NCBI GenBank assembly: GCA_963664305.2
Contig: CAXXLV010000002.1
Coordinates: forward strand, 1,184,001 to 1,248,000
Reading direction: 5' to 3'
DNA length: 64,000 nt
Origin: an uncultured Aliarcobacter sp.
GTDB taxonomy: Bacteria > Campylobacterota > Campylobacteria > Campylobacterales > Arcobacteraceae
Shown here: piece after piece, positions 10,148-20,081 of the stretch
Numbering within the stretch: position 1 is the stretch's first letter
Layout: every line of letters starts with the position of its first letter
The notes under the pieces: generated by a model
What the model was told of the DNA's origin: nothing
Seen by the model: the letters and a program-made list of their open reading frames with translations, nothing else
Database searches by the model: none
Translations under genes and position numbers: made by a program

Positions 10148-11227
10148 AAATTTATAATTTATATTTAATTTTTTTACACTTTTTATATCTTTACAACCTG
10201 TAAAAATCATAGAAACTTCTAACTCTTCTTTTAATATTTTAAGTGTATGAGCAACCCCTAAAGCGCCTGCAGTTGCTAAACCATACATTATTGGACGACC
10301 AATCATCACAGCATCTGCACCAAGTGCAATAGCTTTTATAATATCTGTTCCTCTTTTTATTCCACCATCAAATAAAATTGGAATTTTCTTATCAACAGCT
10401 TTTGCAATTTTTGGCAAAATTTCTATACTTGGGGGAAGTGTATCTAAAGTTCTTCCCCCATGATTTGAAACAATAATTCCATCAAGTCCTAGTTCCATTG
10501 CTTTTTTTGCATAAGAAGTGTTTGTTATTCCTTTTAAAATAACTGGAAGTTTTGTATTATTTTTGATAAATTCTATATCTTTCCAAGTAGGAAGTATTTT
10601 TGCCATTTCTAAAATGTTTTCAAAATTATTTGTCGTTTGGATTGGATTATTTATGTTTACTGCACTTATATTTTCAGGTAAAGAAAAGCCATATCTTTGT
10701 TCTACATTTCTAATTCCTGAGATTGGTGCATCAATAGTTATGACTAATGCTTTAAAACCTAAGATTTCAACCTTTTGTATTAGTTCTAAATTTGTTTTCA
10801 TATCGGGTTGAATGTATAATTGAAACCAAAGAGGTGAGTTTGTAGATTTTGAAATATCTTCTAAAGTACAACTTGAAAAAGAGCTAACACACATACAAGT
10901 ATTTGTAACATCGGAAGCTTGAGCAGTTGCTATTTCGCCATTTATATCAACTAATTTTTGATAAGCAACTGGTGCTAAGATTATTGGAAAGTCATAAGTT
11001 TGCCCAAAAAGTTCTATTTTTGTATTTGCTTCACTTAAATCTTCTAAGGTATTTGTCTCTAAATATATTTTTTGAAAAGCCTCTTCATTTCTTTTAAAGC
11101 TTATTTCATCCCCTGCTCCACTACAAACATAAGCTAAAGAGTTGATACTCATTCGCTCTTTTGCATATCTTTCATAATCTTTTAGAGAGACTAAATCATT
11201 TGGAATAAAAGTTAATTTTTCTTTCAA
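10145..11227 (-). CDS. FMN-dependent alpha-hydroxy acid oxidase/dehydrogenase
   Basis: WFQLY, ITIDAP, ILKGI, VSNHGGRTLD, DGGIKRGTD, MIGRP. Confidence 0.92.
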   Translation of the reverse strand: MKEKLTFIPNDLVSLKDYERYAKERMSINSLAYVCSGAGDEISFKRNEEAFQKIYLETNTLEDLSEANTKIELFGQTYDFPIILAPVAYQKLVDINGEIATAQASDVTNTCMCVSSFSSCTLEDISKSTNSPLWFQLYIQPDMKTNLELIQKVEILGFKALVITIDAPISGIRNVEQRYGFSLPENISAVNINNPIQTTNNFENILEMAKILPTWKDIEFIKNNTKLPVILKGITNTSYAKKAMELGLDGIIVSNHGGRTLDTLPPSIEILPKIAKAVDKKIPILFDGGIKRGTDIIKAIALGADAVMIGRPIMYGLATAGALGVAHTLKILKEELEVSMIFTGCKDIKSVKKLNINYKF

Positions 11228-11904
11228 AGTTCAGCCCATTCTTGAAGAAGTTTATGATAATGAATTGATAAATTTACAGCTTCACTTGTTTCCCCATATT
11301 TTGCTCTTAAACTTTGAATAGTATTATCAAGTTCAAATAGCATACTTCTTTTCCAAGCACTTCTAATCATACTTTGAATCCACATAAAACTAACCATTCT
11401 AGCTCCACTTGTAACTGGTTCAACTCTATGTAATGAAGTAGATGGATAAAGAATCATATCTCCTGCAGGAAGTTTTACTTCATGTGTTCCAAAAGTATCT
11501 TCTATGACCATTTCACCACCTTCATATTCATCGGGTTCTGTAAAAAATAGTGAACATGAAATATCTGTACGATAATTTTTTTTCATTTTTTTATCAAACA
11601 TTATTGAGTTATCAACATGATTTCCATAGTTTCCACCATTTTCATATCTGTTAAAAAATGGTGAAATAATATGATTTGGTAAAGCTGCACTTATAAATAA
11701 AGGATTGCAACTCAAAGCATTTGTAATAACTTCTCTTAAATATGCTGTTAATTCATCATTTTCAGATAATTGAAAATTATTTTTTACATTAACAGCTTGA
11801 GTTCCAGCAGTTAATTTTCCATCTATCCAGTTTGCATTATCCAATAATCTTCTACACTCTATTAACTGCTCTTTAGTTAAAACATTTGGAATATGTAAAA
11901 TCAT
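11224..11904 (-). CDS. piuC: PKHD-type Fe(II)/2-oxoglutarate dioxygenase (PiuC/YbiX family)
   Basis: WIDGKLTAG, FNRY...YGNHVDN, LYPSTSLHRVEPVTSGAR. Confidence 0.93.
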   Translation of the reverse strand: MILHIPNVLTKEQLIECRRLLDNANWIDGKLTAGTQAVNVKNNFQLSENDELTAYLREVITNALSCNPLFISAALPNHIISPFFNRYENGGNYGNHVDNSIMFDKKMKKNYRTDISCSLFFTEPDEYEGGEMVIEDTFGTHEVKLPAGDMILYPSTSLHRVEPVTSGARMVSFMWIQSMIRSAWKRSMLFELDNTIQSLRAKYGETSEAVNLSIHYHKLLQEWAEL

Positions 11905-11959
11905 TTTTTTTCCTTTTATTACTTTATAAATAAAACAAAAATTTCATCTATAAAATAAT

Positions 11960-11983
11960 AATTCAATCCCGAAGGATTGAATT
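11960..11983 (-). terminator. Hairpin with cUUCGg tetraloop between the receptor gene and piuC
   Basis: Minus strand reads AATTCAATCC-TTCG-GGATTGAATT, a perfect 10-bp stem. Confidence 0.7.
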
Positions 11984-11985
11984 AA

Positions 11986-14145
11986 TTAAAATTTATATGC
12001 AAGAGTCAATAACCCACTTCTTGAAGCACCTGGAGTGTATCTTCTTCCAGAATTATTCATATTTGCAACATACTCTTCATCAGTTAAATTATAAACATTT
12101 AATTGATAAGTTATGTTTTTATTATATTTATATGAAGCCATAGCATCATAAACCACATACTCTTCAATTTTTGAAATAGGAGCTGTTGACGTTGTACTTG
12201 TTTTAACTTCTTGAGTTCCAACATATCTAGCACCTGCACCTACGTTAAATGCTGGTGTAAATTTATATGTTGTCCATAAAGTTGCTGTATGTTCAGGAGC
12301 AAATCTTAGACTTAATCCTTCACTTGTTGATGTTGAGTTAGTATATTCAGTATCCATTTTTGCAAGTCCTGCACTCATACTCCATTTATCAGTGATATCA
12401 CCAACAATTCCAAACTCTATACCTTTAACTTCTTTTTCTCCATTTTGAGAAGTACTTCCATCTGCTTCTGTCATAGTTTCATTTTCTACAACTGTTTTAT
12501 AAATAGCTGTTGTTAAAGAAATTCTATTATTTAATAAATCCCATTTTGTACCAATTTCATCTGTTATAGATTTTTGTGGTTCCATATCAGCATTATTTGC
12601 ACTTGTTGCACTTGAACTTAAAGTAAAGTTAGCACCACCTGGAGGTAATTGTGTAGTTGCTCTTGAGATGTAAACACTTCCATTATCAAGTGGTTTGTAA
12701 ACTAACCCTGCTTTATAACTATTTAAGTGACCATCATCTTCTAATGTTGAAGCAACTAATGTATTTGAAACTACATCATTTGTTGTTTCATATCTATCAA
12801 ATCTTCCACCACCTGTTAGGATAAATTTTTCTCCAATACTAATTGAATCAAATAAATATGCTCCAATTGTAGTTGTTTCTCCATCACTTTTTTGCCCAGA
12901 GAAAGTTAAGTCATTCCAAGAAATAGCTGTTGGATTGTATAAACTTGTTATCTGAGCAGTTTGAGAAGTATAATTTTTTGTTAATTGATTCTCTTTTGTT
13001 ATTTCTACACCAGTACTTAGATTATGAATTAACATACCAGTTTTAAATTCAGTTTTTATATTTGATTGATTTGTAAATAATTCATTTTCTTGCCATCTAG
13101 CATGTAATCTTCTATCAACAGTACTTGCAGCTGTATCATAATTAAATGGAGAAGTTAATAACATCTCTTGTCTTGTTTTTCCATATCTCATAGTATTTGA
13201 GAATGTTGAATTTGAAGCAAAATCTTGTTCAAATTTTACAGTAAATACATCACTTTTAGATTTTTCAAAATCATTAATACTTCCATAAAATGTTGAAGAA
13301 TCAACTTCTTGATTTAAACCATCTAAACCAACTGTTGGGATTCCACCATCTGGAACATCATCTTGTTCTGTGTGTTCATAATTGATAGTTGTTCTAGTTG
13401 CTGTTCCAATTCCAAATCCAACTGATGCTGCAATTCCAGTTCTATCTATTTCAACTTCATCTCTACCTGCAACATCACCTTTTTGTTTCATAACATTTAA
13501 TCTAACACCAGTAGTTTCATTTAATGCTTTATTTAAATCAGCTGTTAATCTAGCATTTTTTGCTGTACTATACCCAGCTGTTCCAGAAACTTCATCAACA
13601 TTTTTTGCAGTTTTTGTAACTTGATTTATATATCCAGAAGAAACACCTCTTCCATTATCAGCTCCAACAGCACCTTTTGTAACTTCAACAGCTTCTGTGT
13701 TATACATATCTTTTACTGCATTTGTTAAATCTCTTATACCATCTTTGAAAATACTTCCTTGAACATCAAAACCTCTCATATTAATATTATCTTTTGAGTT
13801 TGTGTTTCCATTTTCACCAAGATTTAAAGTAATACCAGGAGTATTTCTTAAAGCTTCTTGTAATGTAGTTGCTTGTTGTTCATCCATTACTTTTTTTGTA
13901 ATAACTTGTATTGTTTGAGGAGTATCAACTAATTCTTGTGTAACTTTAGATGAAGATGATTTATCAACTTTATATTTTTCTGTATAGTCATTTTTTTCAA
14001 CTTCAACAACATCGATTTTATCTAATACTGTTGTTGCTTCAGCATTTAGCATCATAGGAGTTGTTAATAATACTGTTGCTGTTACAACAGATGCACCTAG
14101 ATAATTTGTAGTTTTGTGTTTTTTACTTACGATATGATTTCTCAA
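11986..14145 (-). CDS. TonB-dependent siderophore receptor, Fiu/PiuA (catecholate) type
   Basis: ATTLQEALRNTPGIT..GENG, EAVEVTKG, DDVPDGGIP, QLNVYNLTDEEY, terminal F. Probable TTG start at 14145 after GGAGG (the track starts at 14160). Confidence 0.9.
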   Translation of the reverse strand: MRNHIVSKKHKTTNYLGASVVTATVLLTTPMMLNAEATTVLDKIDVVEVEKNDYTEKYKVDKSSSSKVTQELVDTPQTIQVITKKVMDEQQATTLQEALRNTPGITLNLGENGNTNSKDNINMRGFDVQGSIFKDGIRDLTNAVKDMYNTEAVEVTKGAVGADNGRGVSSGYINQVTKTAKNVDEVSGTAGYSTAKNARLTADLNKALNETTGVRLNVMKQKGDVAGRDEVEIDRTGIAASVGFGIGTATRTTINYEHTEQDDVPDGGIPTVGLDGLNQEVDSSTFYGSINDFEKSKSDVFTVKFEQDFASNSTFSNTMRYGKTRQEMLLTSPFNYDTAASTVDRRLHARWQENELFTNQSNIKTEFKTGMLIHNLSTGVEITKENQLTKNYTSQTAQITSLYNPTAISWNDLTFSGQKSDGETTTIGAYLFDSISIGEKFILTGGGRFDRYETTNDVVSNTLVASTLEDDGHLNSYKAGLVYKPLDNGSVYISRATTQLPPGGANFTLSSSATSANNADMEPQKSITDEIGTKWDLLNNRISLTTAIYKTVVENETMTEADGSTSQNGEKEVKGIEFGIVGDITDKWSMSAGLAKMDTEYTNSTSTSEGLSLRFAPEHTATLWTTYKFTPAFNVGAGARYVGTQEVKTSTTSTAPISKIEEYVVYDAMASYKYNKNITYQLNVYNLTDEEYVANMNNSGRRYTPGASRSGLLTLAYKF

Positions 14146-14251
14146 TTTATTTCCCTCCAAGAAAATTAAATATTTTTTATGTTTGATTTTAATTTTTGGC
14201 TGGCTACTTTTTAGGAGAACTTTAATAATTTTTGCTAGCTATATAATCTAA

Positions 14252-14386
14252 TTACTTTGTCAAAATTAATTTATTTGCTTTTGTGATTCTTAAGTGATAT
14301 GTTTGTCCATCATGAACAATAGTTATGGTATTTGTTTGATCAAAAATTTCTTTACTATCAATTTTTTTATCTTTTTTTTCTTCCAT
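14252..14386 (-). CDS. hemP: Hemin uptake protein HemP/HmuP family (44 aa, not in the ORF track)
   Basis: Hand translation MEEKKDKKIDSKEIFDQTNTITIVHDGQTYHLRITKANKLILTK carries the family's terminal KLILTK. An in-frame ATG also exists at 14398. Confidence 0.92.
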   Translation of the reverse strand: MEEKKDKKIDSKEIFDQTNTITIVHDGQTYHLRITKANKLILTK

Positions 14387-14470
14387 TTCCACTCTCATAA
14401 AATTTTTAACTAATTGTTAACAAAATATAAACGGGATATTAACGCAAGAAATCTTAAAAATAAATAAAAT

Positions 14471-14485
14471 TGATAATTAGTATCA
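14471..14485. promoter_or_regulatory. Fur-box-like site upstream of hemP-fiu
   Basis: TGATAATtAGTATCA, 13/14 match. Confidence 0.7.
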
Positions 14486-14498
14486 ATATAAGTTTATT

Positions 14499-14519
14499 AT
14501 AAAGAGAAATTCTCTTTAT
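14499..14519 (-). terminator. Probable intrinsic terminator
   Basis: Inverted repeat ATAAAGAGAA-A-TTCTCTTTAT at the stop of the 14516 ORF. Confidence 0.45.
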
Positions 14520-14995
14520 AATTTAGAGTTTTTTAGTTGTTCTAAAATTTTATTACTGTTTTTAAAACTAAAGTAGATAGTTAAAATTAATAGAATTATA
14601 ATAATAAAAAAGAATGTTAATGTTATTTTATCCCACTCATGTTCTTCATGTTCAGGTTTTGTTAATTTTTCTTTTATTTTTGGTTCAATTTTAAAATCAC
14701 TTTTTTTATTATCATAAATTCCTGATTTAACAACTTTTTCACTAGGACCTCCATCAAGAACAATTTGATATGGTTCATTAGGAATTGAAACAGTAATTTC
14801 ACTCTCTTTAGGTAATCTTTGTTTAAAAATAACTTCTCCCGTTTGCAATGACTCAAAACGAATCATTACGCCAGGAATAGTTTCTCCACCAATTAAAGTA
14901 ATTGTTTTATCATTATTTTCTATAACATTTAACATTAATTCATGCCCATAAATATATGATGTAAAAAAAATAAATATATATAAAATCTTTTTCAT
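14516..14995 (-). CDS. Exported/membrane-anchored hypothetical protein
   Basis: MKKILYIFIFFTSYIYG-H signal peptide after an AAGGA SD (start 14995 preferred), GGP motif, HEEHE and a C-terminal TM. Confidence 0.7.
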   Translation of the reverse strand: MKKILYIFIFFTSYIYGHELMLNVIENNDKTITLIGGETIPGVMIRFESLQTGEVIFKQRLPKESEITVSIPNEPYQIVLDGGPSEKVVKSGIYDNKKSDFKIEPKIKEKLTKPEHEEHEWDKITLTFFFIIIILLILTIYFSFKNSNKILEQLKNSKL

Positions 14996-15009
14996 GTTTG
15001 TTAATCCTT

Positions 15010-16587
15010 TTAAATTTTTTTTGTCCAAAAAGCTTGAATTTCTTCTCTTTTTGTTGGAAGTTTATAGGCAACAAAAAATAATATTGCACCAAATAAAAAT
15101 AATCCAATATCAACATTTAAAATAGTAAACATCTCTTCATTTAAAAGTCTAATCGGAGAAAAACCACTATTAATAAAATGTATAATTGGACTTAACATAA
15201 ATAAAATTCCACCTAAAAAAAGAAACTCTTTTGCTGTTTGATAGGAATTTAATCTATAAAATGACCAAGTTAAAGTTCCCATCCACAATATTCCAAAAAG
15301 TTCTTTTTGTATTAAAACTCTATTTTCCATATCAAAAGGGAATAGCCATTGTAAAACAAATAACAATCCAGTTGCTGGAATTACTCCAATCATAACACAT
15401 AGTGAAATCTTTCCCATTACTTGATAGATTGGTATACCATCTGGAAATTTTCTAGCTTTTTTTTCAAGCCAAAGTAAAACACCAAAACCTATAGCAAAAG
15501 TTGAAATAATCATAATTAAAGCTATTAATAATCTTGTAAAAGTATCTACTCCAAATAAAAAATGTAAAAAAAACAAACTATCATAAAGTAAACCAGACCA
15601 ATGTTTATCCATAACTTTTTGTTGACTAATCAAGCTACCATCTATTCCACTTAAAGTTATATTTGGTTTATTTGAAATTCCATTTAAAAATGGCATATAA
15701 GGGTTGTAACCTTCTATTTTTGCAGTAGCACTTGAATCTCCCCAATTTGTCAACTCAATTTCATGAATATCAAGATTTGGATTAATTTGTTTTGCTTTTT
15801 TAATCAATTCATTCATGGTTATCATTTCAACATTATCATTTTTCTTTTTTATTTCTTCAGATAGAGGAAATAAAACTGGAAATGTTAGTTGAAAAACATT
15901 TGTTGCTTCACCTTTGGATGCAATATATGCCATTGGTGAAGAACCTGTAAATCCTATATTCATTAATGCACCGGTTAAAGTTATGATTATAAAAGGAGGA
16001 AATACAAAAGTAAAAATTTTTCTGTGAAATTTTGAAAATCTACTAACAACTGTTTTTGAACTATCTTTATATTTTATTTTAGTTATTAGTATAACTCCAC
16101 CTATTACTAAAAACATAACTCCAACTGCCATAAGACCAAATAAAATATATCCAAAATCTTTAAAAGGTCTTCCATAATGCATATGATTTAGAAATTCTGC
16201 TAGATTAGAAGCTTTATCTTCATTTTCAACTTCTAAATTTGTATTTGGATTAAAAACTCTAGTCTTAGTAAAATCTGCACTTATTCTTAATGCAGGATCC
16301 CCCATATAACCAGGAAGTATAATATGAACTCCATTTATTTTTGGATATTCAGGGTCTGCTAAAACGGGATCTATCATTGCCCCATAATCTATAGTTGTAA
16401 TATCAGCTAATTTAAAATGTCTTGATGGTTTTTCCCATACTTGAATATATGGAAGTAATATTGCAAATATTCCAAAAAAAACTGCAATATACATAATTAA
16501 AGAAAGAGAAATACCAGTTGCTACATGAACTCTTTGTAATCTTTGTTTAAATAATTTATTTGATTCATTTTCTAAATTTTTATTCAT
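15010..16587 (-). CDS. PepSY-associated TM protein (iron-regulated membrane protein)
   Basis: QRVHVATG, FLNHMHY, KFHRKI, FFLHF and many TM helices. Confidence 0.85.
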   Translation of the reverse strand: MNKNLENESNKLFKQRLQRVHVATGISLSLIMYIAVFFGIFAILLPYIQVWEKPSRHFKLADITTIDYGAMIDPVLADPEYPKINGVHIILPGYMGDPALRISADFTKTRVFNPNTNLEVENEDKASNLAEFLNHMHYGRPFKDFGYILFGLMAVGVMFLVIGGVILITKIKYKDSSKTVVSRFSKFHRKIFTFVFPPFIIITLTGALMNIGFTGSSPMAYIASKGEATNVFQLTFPVLFPLSEEIKKKNDNVEMITMNELIKKAKQINPNLDIHEIELTNWGDSSATAKIEGYNPYMPFLNGISNKPNITLSGIDGSLISQQKVMDKHWSGLLYDSLFFLHFLFGVDTFTRLLIALIMIISTFAIGFGVLLWLEKKARKFPDGIPIYQVMGKISLCVMIGVIPATGLLFVLQWLFPFDMENRVLIQKELFGILWMGTLTWSFYRLNSYQTAKEFLFLGGILFMLSPIIHFINSGFSPIRLLNEEMFTILNVDIGLFLFGAILFFVAYKLPTKREEIQAFWTKKI

Positions 16588-16596
16588 TCATAAGCC

Positions 16597-16902
16597 TTAT
16601 ATATTGTATAAAATTATTATTAAAATTGAAAAAATTAAGGATGGGATTAAAACTTTTAATAATGCGTTTAATTTTGTAGAAGATAAACTAATCCATAAAG
16701 CTAAAATTGCCCAAACAAATGTATTTAAAAATAAAGGAATAATTATTGATTCTCCAACCTTTGCTGGAATTAAAAATATTAGTAAAGTCATTGAAAGATA
16801 AGCAACTAATAAACCACCAAATATCGCACAAATAGCTCTAAAAAGACCAATTTTTTTTCCGCTTGATTCAGGAATAGATAAATTTTTTATCAATTTTTTC
16901 AT
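16597..16902 (-). CDS. Small 3-TM protein of siderophore receptor operons (DUF3649-like)
   Basis: RAICAIFGG motif, three hydrophobic helices, located between the receptor and PepSY genes. Confidence 0.65.
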   Translation of the reverse strand: MKKLIKNLSIPESSGKKIGLFRAICAIFGGLLVAYLSMTLLIFLIPAKVGESIIIPLFLNTFVWAILALWISLSSTKLNALLKVLIPSLIFSILIIILYNI

Positions 16903-16918
16903 TTTTCTCCTAAAATAA

Positions 16919-16941
16919 AAAAGAGGTTTTTAACCTCTTTT
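16919..16941 (-). terminator. Intrinsic terminator or attenuating hairpin after the receptor gene
   Basis: AAAAGAGGTT-TTT-AACCTCTTTT, followed by a U tract on the minus strand. Confidence 0.7.
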
Positions 16942-19060
16942 AAAATGTATATTTCATACCAAGTGTTGCATTTCTTGGATCACCATAAACCATAGAATTA
17001 ACTCCTAAACCTGAGTAATACTCTTCATCAAATATGTTATTAATATTTAATTGTAAATCTAAGTTTTTATTTACTTTGTATCCAGCCATTAAATCTGCTG
17101 TAATAAATCCATCTTGTGTAATATCTCCGTATGAAGAAGTTTTGTAATATTTACTTTTATAATTTAATCCTGCACCAAATCTATAATCATTTACTTTATA
17201 TTTTGCAAAAATATTAGCAGTTGTACGAGAAGAAGATGTGTTAAAATCACTTCCATCACTATTTTTAGCTTCAAAATTAGCAAGTCCAAAGTCCAAACTT
17301 AATTTTTCTGTAATATTTCCTGAAACTCCAACTTCAAAACCTTTACTTACAACTCCATCTTTTGCTTCATAAATACTTTCTAGATTACCATTTACCATAC
17401 CTGAATCTTCTGCAACTCCTTCTTGTTCTATTCTAAATAGAGTTAAAGATGTATTTAAATCACCATCAAGATATTCACCTTTGATTCCAACTTCATAATT
17501 ATTTCCAGTAATTGGATCTAAATAACTTCCACTAGAATCTTTCTTGTCTTGAGGTTTGAAAATACTCGTATAACTTGTATAAATTGAGTGATTTTTGTCT
17601 AAATCATAAACTAATCCAATATATGGAGTTAGTTCATTATCAAAATCTCTATTTCCTGTTCCAAACTCATTTTCATATTTCCAAGATGAAACTCTAATTC
17701 CTGAAATTAATTTTAAATCTTCTTTTAAAGAAAATTTACCAGCCAAATAAGTTCCACTTTGAGTTGTTTCCTCTAAAGCTAAAGAATTAGTTGATGAATA
17801 AACAGGCTCACTAATTGAGATGTTATTAAAATTGATTGTTGTCCATCCAATATTACTTGAATAAGTAGCTTTATCTTTTTTTGATTTTGTATACATTGTT
17901 CCAACAATAATCTCATGATCAAGTTTGGCTAATTCAAAAGGAATTGAAGCATATAAATCTAAGCTATCTTCTTTTATTTCATTAGCAAATCCATATCCAT
18001 ATAATCCAAAATCACCTGAACCAACTACTTGATTACCTGTTGTTTTATCAACTGTCCCACCAAAGTAAGCTAAGTTTCCATCAGATTTAATTTCTCGATG
18101 AACTAAAGATGCATTTAATGAAATATCATCATATACATATTGTTTAAAATCTGCATAATTTGAAGTTGTTTGAATATTCCAAGCTGTCCAATCATCTGAA
18201 ATTGTTTTTGAATTATCAAAAGTTGCTTTTGTTCCGTCACTATAAAAAGCAGGCATTCCACCCCATCTAATACCACTTCTATCTATATCTTCAATACTAC
18301 TTCCTAAAGATAAAAAAGTTGTATCAGTTAAATCCATATCAACTACACCATACAAAATATTTGTTGTTTTGTCATAATTATCCATATAAGACTCTTTGTC
18401 TTGATGTTTAGCTACAACTCTGGCTCTAATATTTCCTTTTTCATTTAATCCAGTTTGAATATCTACAATTTGACTATAATTATTCCATGAACCTGCACTT
18501 AAGTCTATTGTTCCTGTTAACTCTTTAGAATTTGCATGTTTTCTAACAAAATTCATACCAAGTGCAGGATTTCCAGCACCTGTCATTAAGCCATTTGCAC
18601 CTTTTACTATTTCAACCCTATCATAAATTGATAAATCAGGATCATCAGCATTATCACTAATTGAATATGTTGGTACTCCATCATATAAATAATAATCTAT
18701 ATCAAATCCTCTTGCTGTTGGATATACTCTTTCATCCCATTGATTTAGAGTAACTCCTGGAGTTTTTGCTAAAAGTTCTTGATAAGATGTAATATTTTGA
18801 TCATCTAATTTTTGTCTGGTAAATACTAAAACTGATTGTGGTGTTTCTTTTAAAGACATTTCAAGTTTTGTTGCTGTGTTCATACTTCTTGTTGTATAAG
18901 AATCTATTCCTTCTGTTGTACTTTCACTTACATAATATGTAGCATCTTCTGCAACTTTTATCTCTTCTAAAACAGTTTTTTCTTCTGCAAAAACTGATGT
19001 TCCTAAAATCATTGTTGCAAATAATGATAAGTGAATTAATTTTCTTTTTTTATGTTCCAT
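16940..19060 (-). CDS. TonB-dependent siderophore receptor, FhuE/FpvA/FptA type
   Basis: TATKLEMSLKETPQSV, YDRVEIVKGANGLMTGAGNP, LTPYIGLVYDL, YGDPRN, terminal F. Confidence 0.93.
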   Translation of the reverse strand: MEHKKRKLIHLSLFATMILGTSVFAEEKTVLEEIKVAEDATYYVSESTTEGIDSYTTRSMNTATKLEMSLKETPQSVLVFTRQKLDDQNITSYQELLAKTPGVTLNQWDERVYPTARGFDIDYYLYDGVPTYSISDNADDPDLSIYDRVEIVKGANGLMTGAGNPALGMNFVRKHANSKELTGTIDLSAGSWNNYSQIVDIQTGLNEKGNIRARVVAKHQDKESYMDNYDKTTNILYGVVDMDLTDTTFLSLGSSIEDIDRSGIRWGGMPAFYSDGTKATFDNSKTISDDWTAWNIQTTSNYADFKQYVYDDISLNASLVHREIKSDGNLAYFGGTVDKTTGNQVVGSGDFGLYGYGFANEIKEDSLDLYASIPFELAKLDHEIIVGTMYTKSKKDKATYSSNIGWTTINFNNISISEPVYSSTNSLALEETTQSGTYLAGKFSLKEDLKLISGIRVSSWKYENEFGTGNRDFDNELTPYIGLVYDLDKNHSIYTSYTSIFKPQDKKDSSGSYLDPITGNNYEVGIKGEYLDGDLNTSLTLFRIEQEGVAEDSGMVNGNLESIYEAKDGVVSKGFEVGVSGNITEKLSLDFGLANFEAKNSDGSDFNTSSSRTTANIFAKYKVNDYRFGAGLNYKSKYYKTSSYGDITQDGFITADLMAGYKVNKNLDLQLNINNIFDEEYYSGLGVNSMVYGDPRNATLGMKYTF

Positions 19061-19085
19061 TTTCTTCCTCTTTTTATTTCAATTA

Positions 19086-19100
19086 TGATAATTAATCTCA
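19086..19100. promoter_or_regulatory. Fur-box-like site
   Basis: TGATAATtAATCTCA, 12/14 match, just upstream of the receptor start. Confidence 0.6.
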
Positions 19101-19185
19101 ATATTTAATGGAATTAAATCAATTAATTTCTTAATATTACCTTAGTAATTTAATAGTCTTAGAGTAAAAAAATAATTTTTTAATG

Positions 19186-19207
19186 AAGACATTTTTAAGA
19201 CATTTTT
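19186..19207. promoter_or_regulatory. Tandem AAGACATTTTT x2, probable OmpR-family operator
   Basis: Exact 11-bp tandem repeat upstream of the receptor gene. Confidence 0.55.
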
Positions 19208-19318
19208 TTTAATTAAAGAATATAAAAAGCACTATATTATAGGTCTTTTATTTTAAGACAATTGATTTTTCAAAATGATTTCTTAGTTTTATTCAAATAA
19301 AATTTAATTATTATTTTT

Positions 19319-20005
19319 TTAGAAAATTGTAGTAATTTTATATCCAACTTTTGAAAAATTTTCCAAAGTATTTTCAGGAAGTTTAGTTCTTAATTTTCTT
19401 GCTACAGAACGAATTGCATCTTCACTCATAAAAGATTCATTCCAAACAATAGCTTGTATTGTTTCATAAGATACTAAATTGTTACTATTTTCACAAAGTA
19501 AAGTCAAAAAGTCAGATTCTTTATTTGTTAATTTTACAAATTCATCATTTACATATAAAGATTTAGTCAATAGATTAAAATAAGAATCTTTTGAAAAATA
19601 TTTTAGATTTTTATTGCTATTTTTAATTTTTTTAACACATTGATTCAATATTGGAAAAATTACTTCATGCCTAATTGGTTTTACTAAATACTTTTCAAGT
19701 CTTAATTCAACAGCCTCTAATAAATAATCAGTTTTTGTATAAGCACTTAAGACAATAATTTTTGTATCTAAATCTTTTTCTCTTATTTTTTTTATCATTT
19801 CTAAACCATTTATCTTAGGGAGATTAATATCAGTTATTACAATATGAGGTTTTTTATATTCAATTATTTCAAAAGCTTCAGTTACATCTTTTGCTTCATA
19901 TACCTCATCAAATAATCTTTTTAAATAAGATATTGCATTAATTCTTATATTTTCTTCATCTTCAACAAATAAAATTTTTATATCTTTAAATTCATTTATA
20001 CTCAT
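19319..20005 (-). CDS. OmpR-family response regulator
   Basis: ILFVEDE, ITDINLP, YLVKP, LTNKE...VW...KLRTKL...VGYK. Confidence 0.93.
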   Translation of the reverse strand: MSINEFKDIKILFVEDEENIRINAISYLKRLFDEVYEAKDVTEAFEIIEYKKPHIVITDINLPKINGLEMIKKIREKDLDTKIIVLSAYTKTDYLLEAVELRLEKYLVKPIRHEVIFPILNQCVKKIKNSNKNLKYFSKDSYFNLLTKSLYVNDEFVKLTNKESDFLTLLCENSNNLVSYETIQAIVWNESFMSEDAIRSVARKLRTKLPENTLENFSKVGYKITTIF

Positions 20006-20036
20006 GTTTGAATTTTATCATATTCAAACTAAATTA

Positions 20037-20051
20037 TAATAATTACTATCA
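20037..20051. promoter_or_regulatory. Fur-box-like site between the divergent regulator and kinase genes
   Basis: TAATAATtACTATCA, 12/14 match. Confidence 0.45.
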
Positions 20052-20081
20052 ATATTAATATAAAAACTGTATAATATAAAA

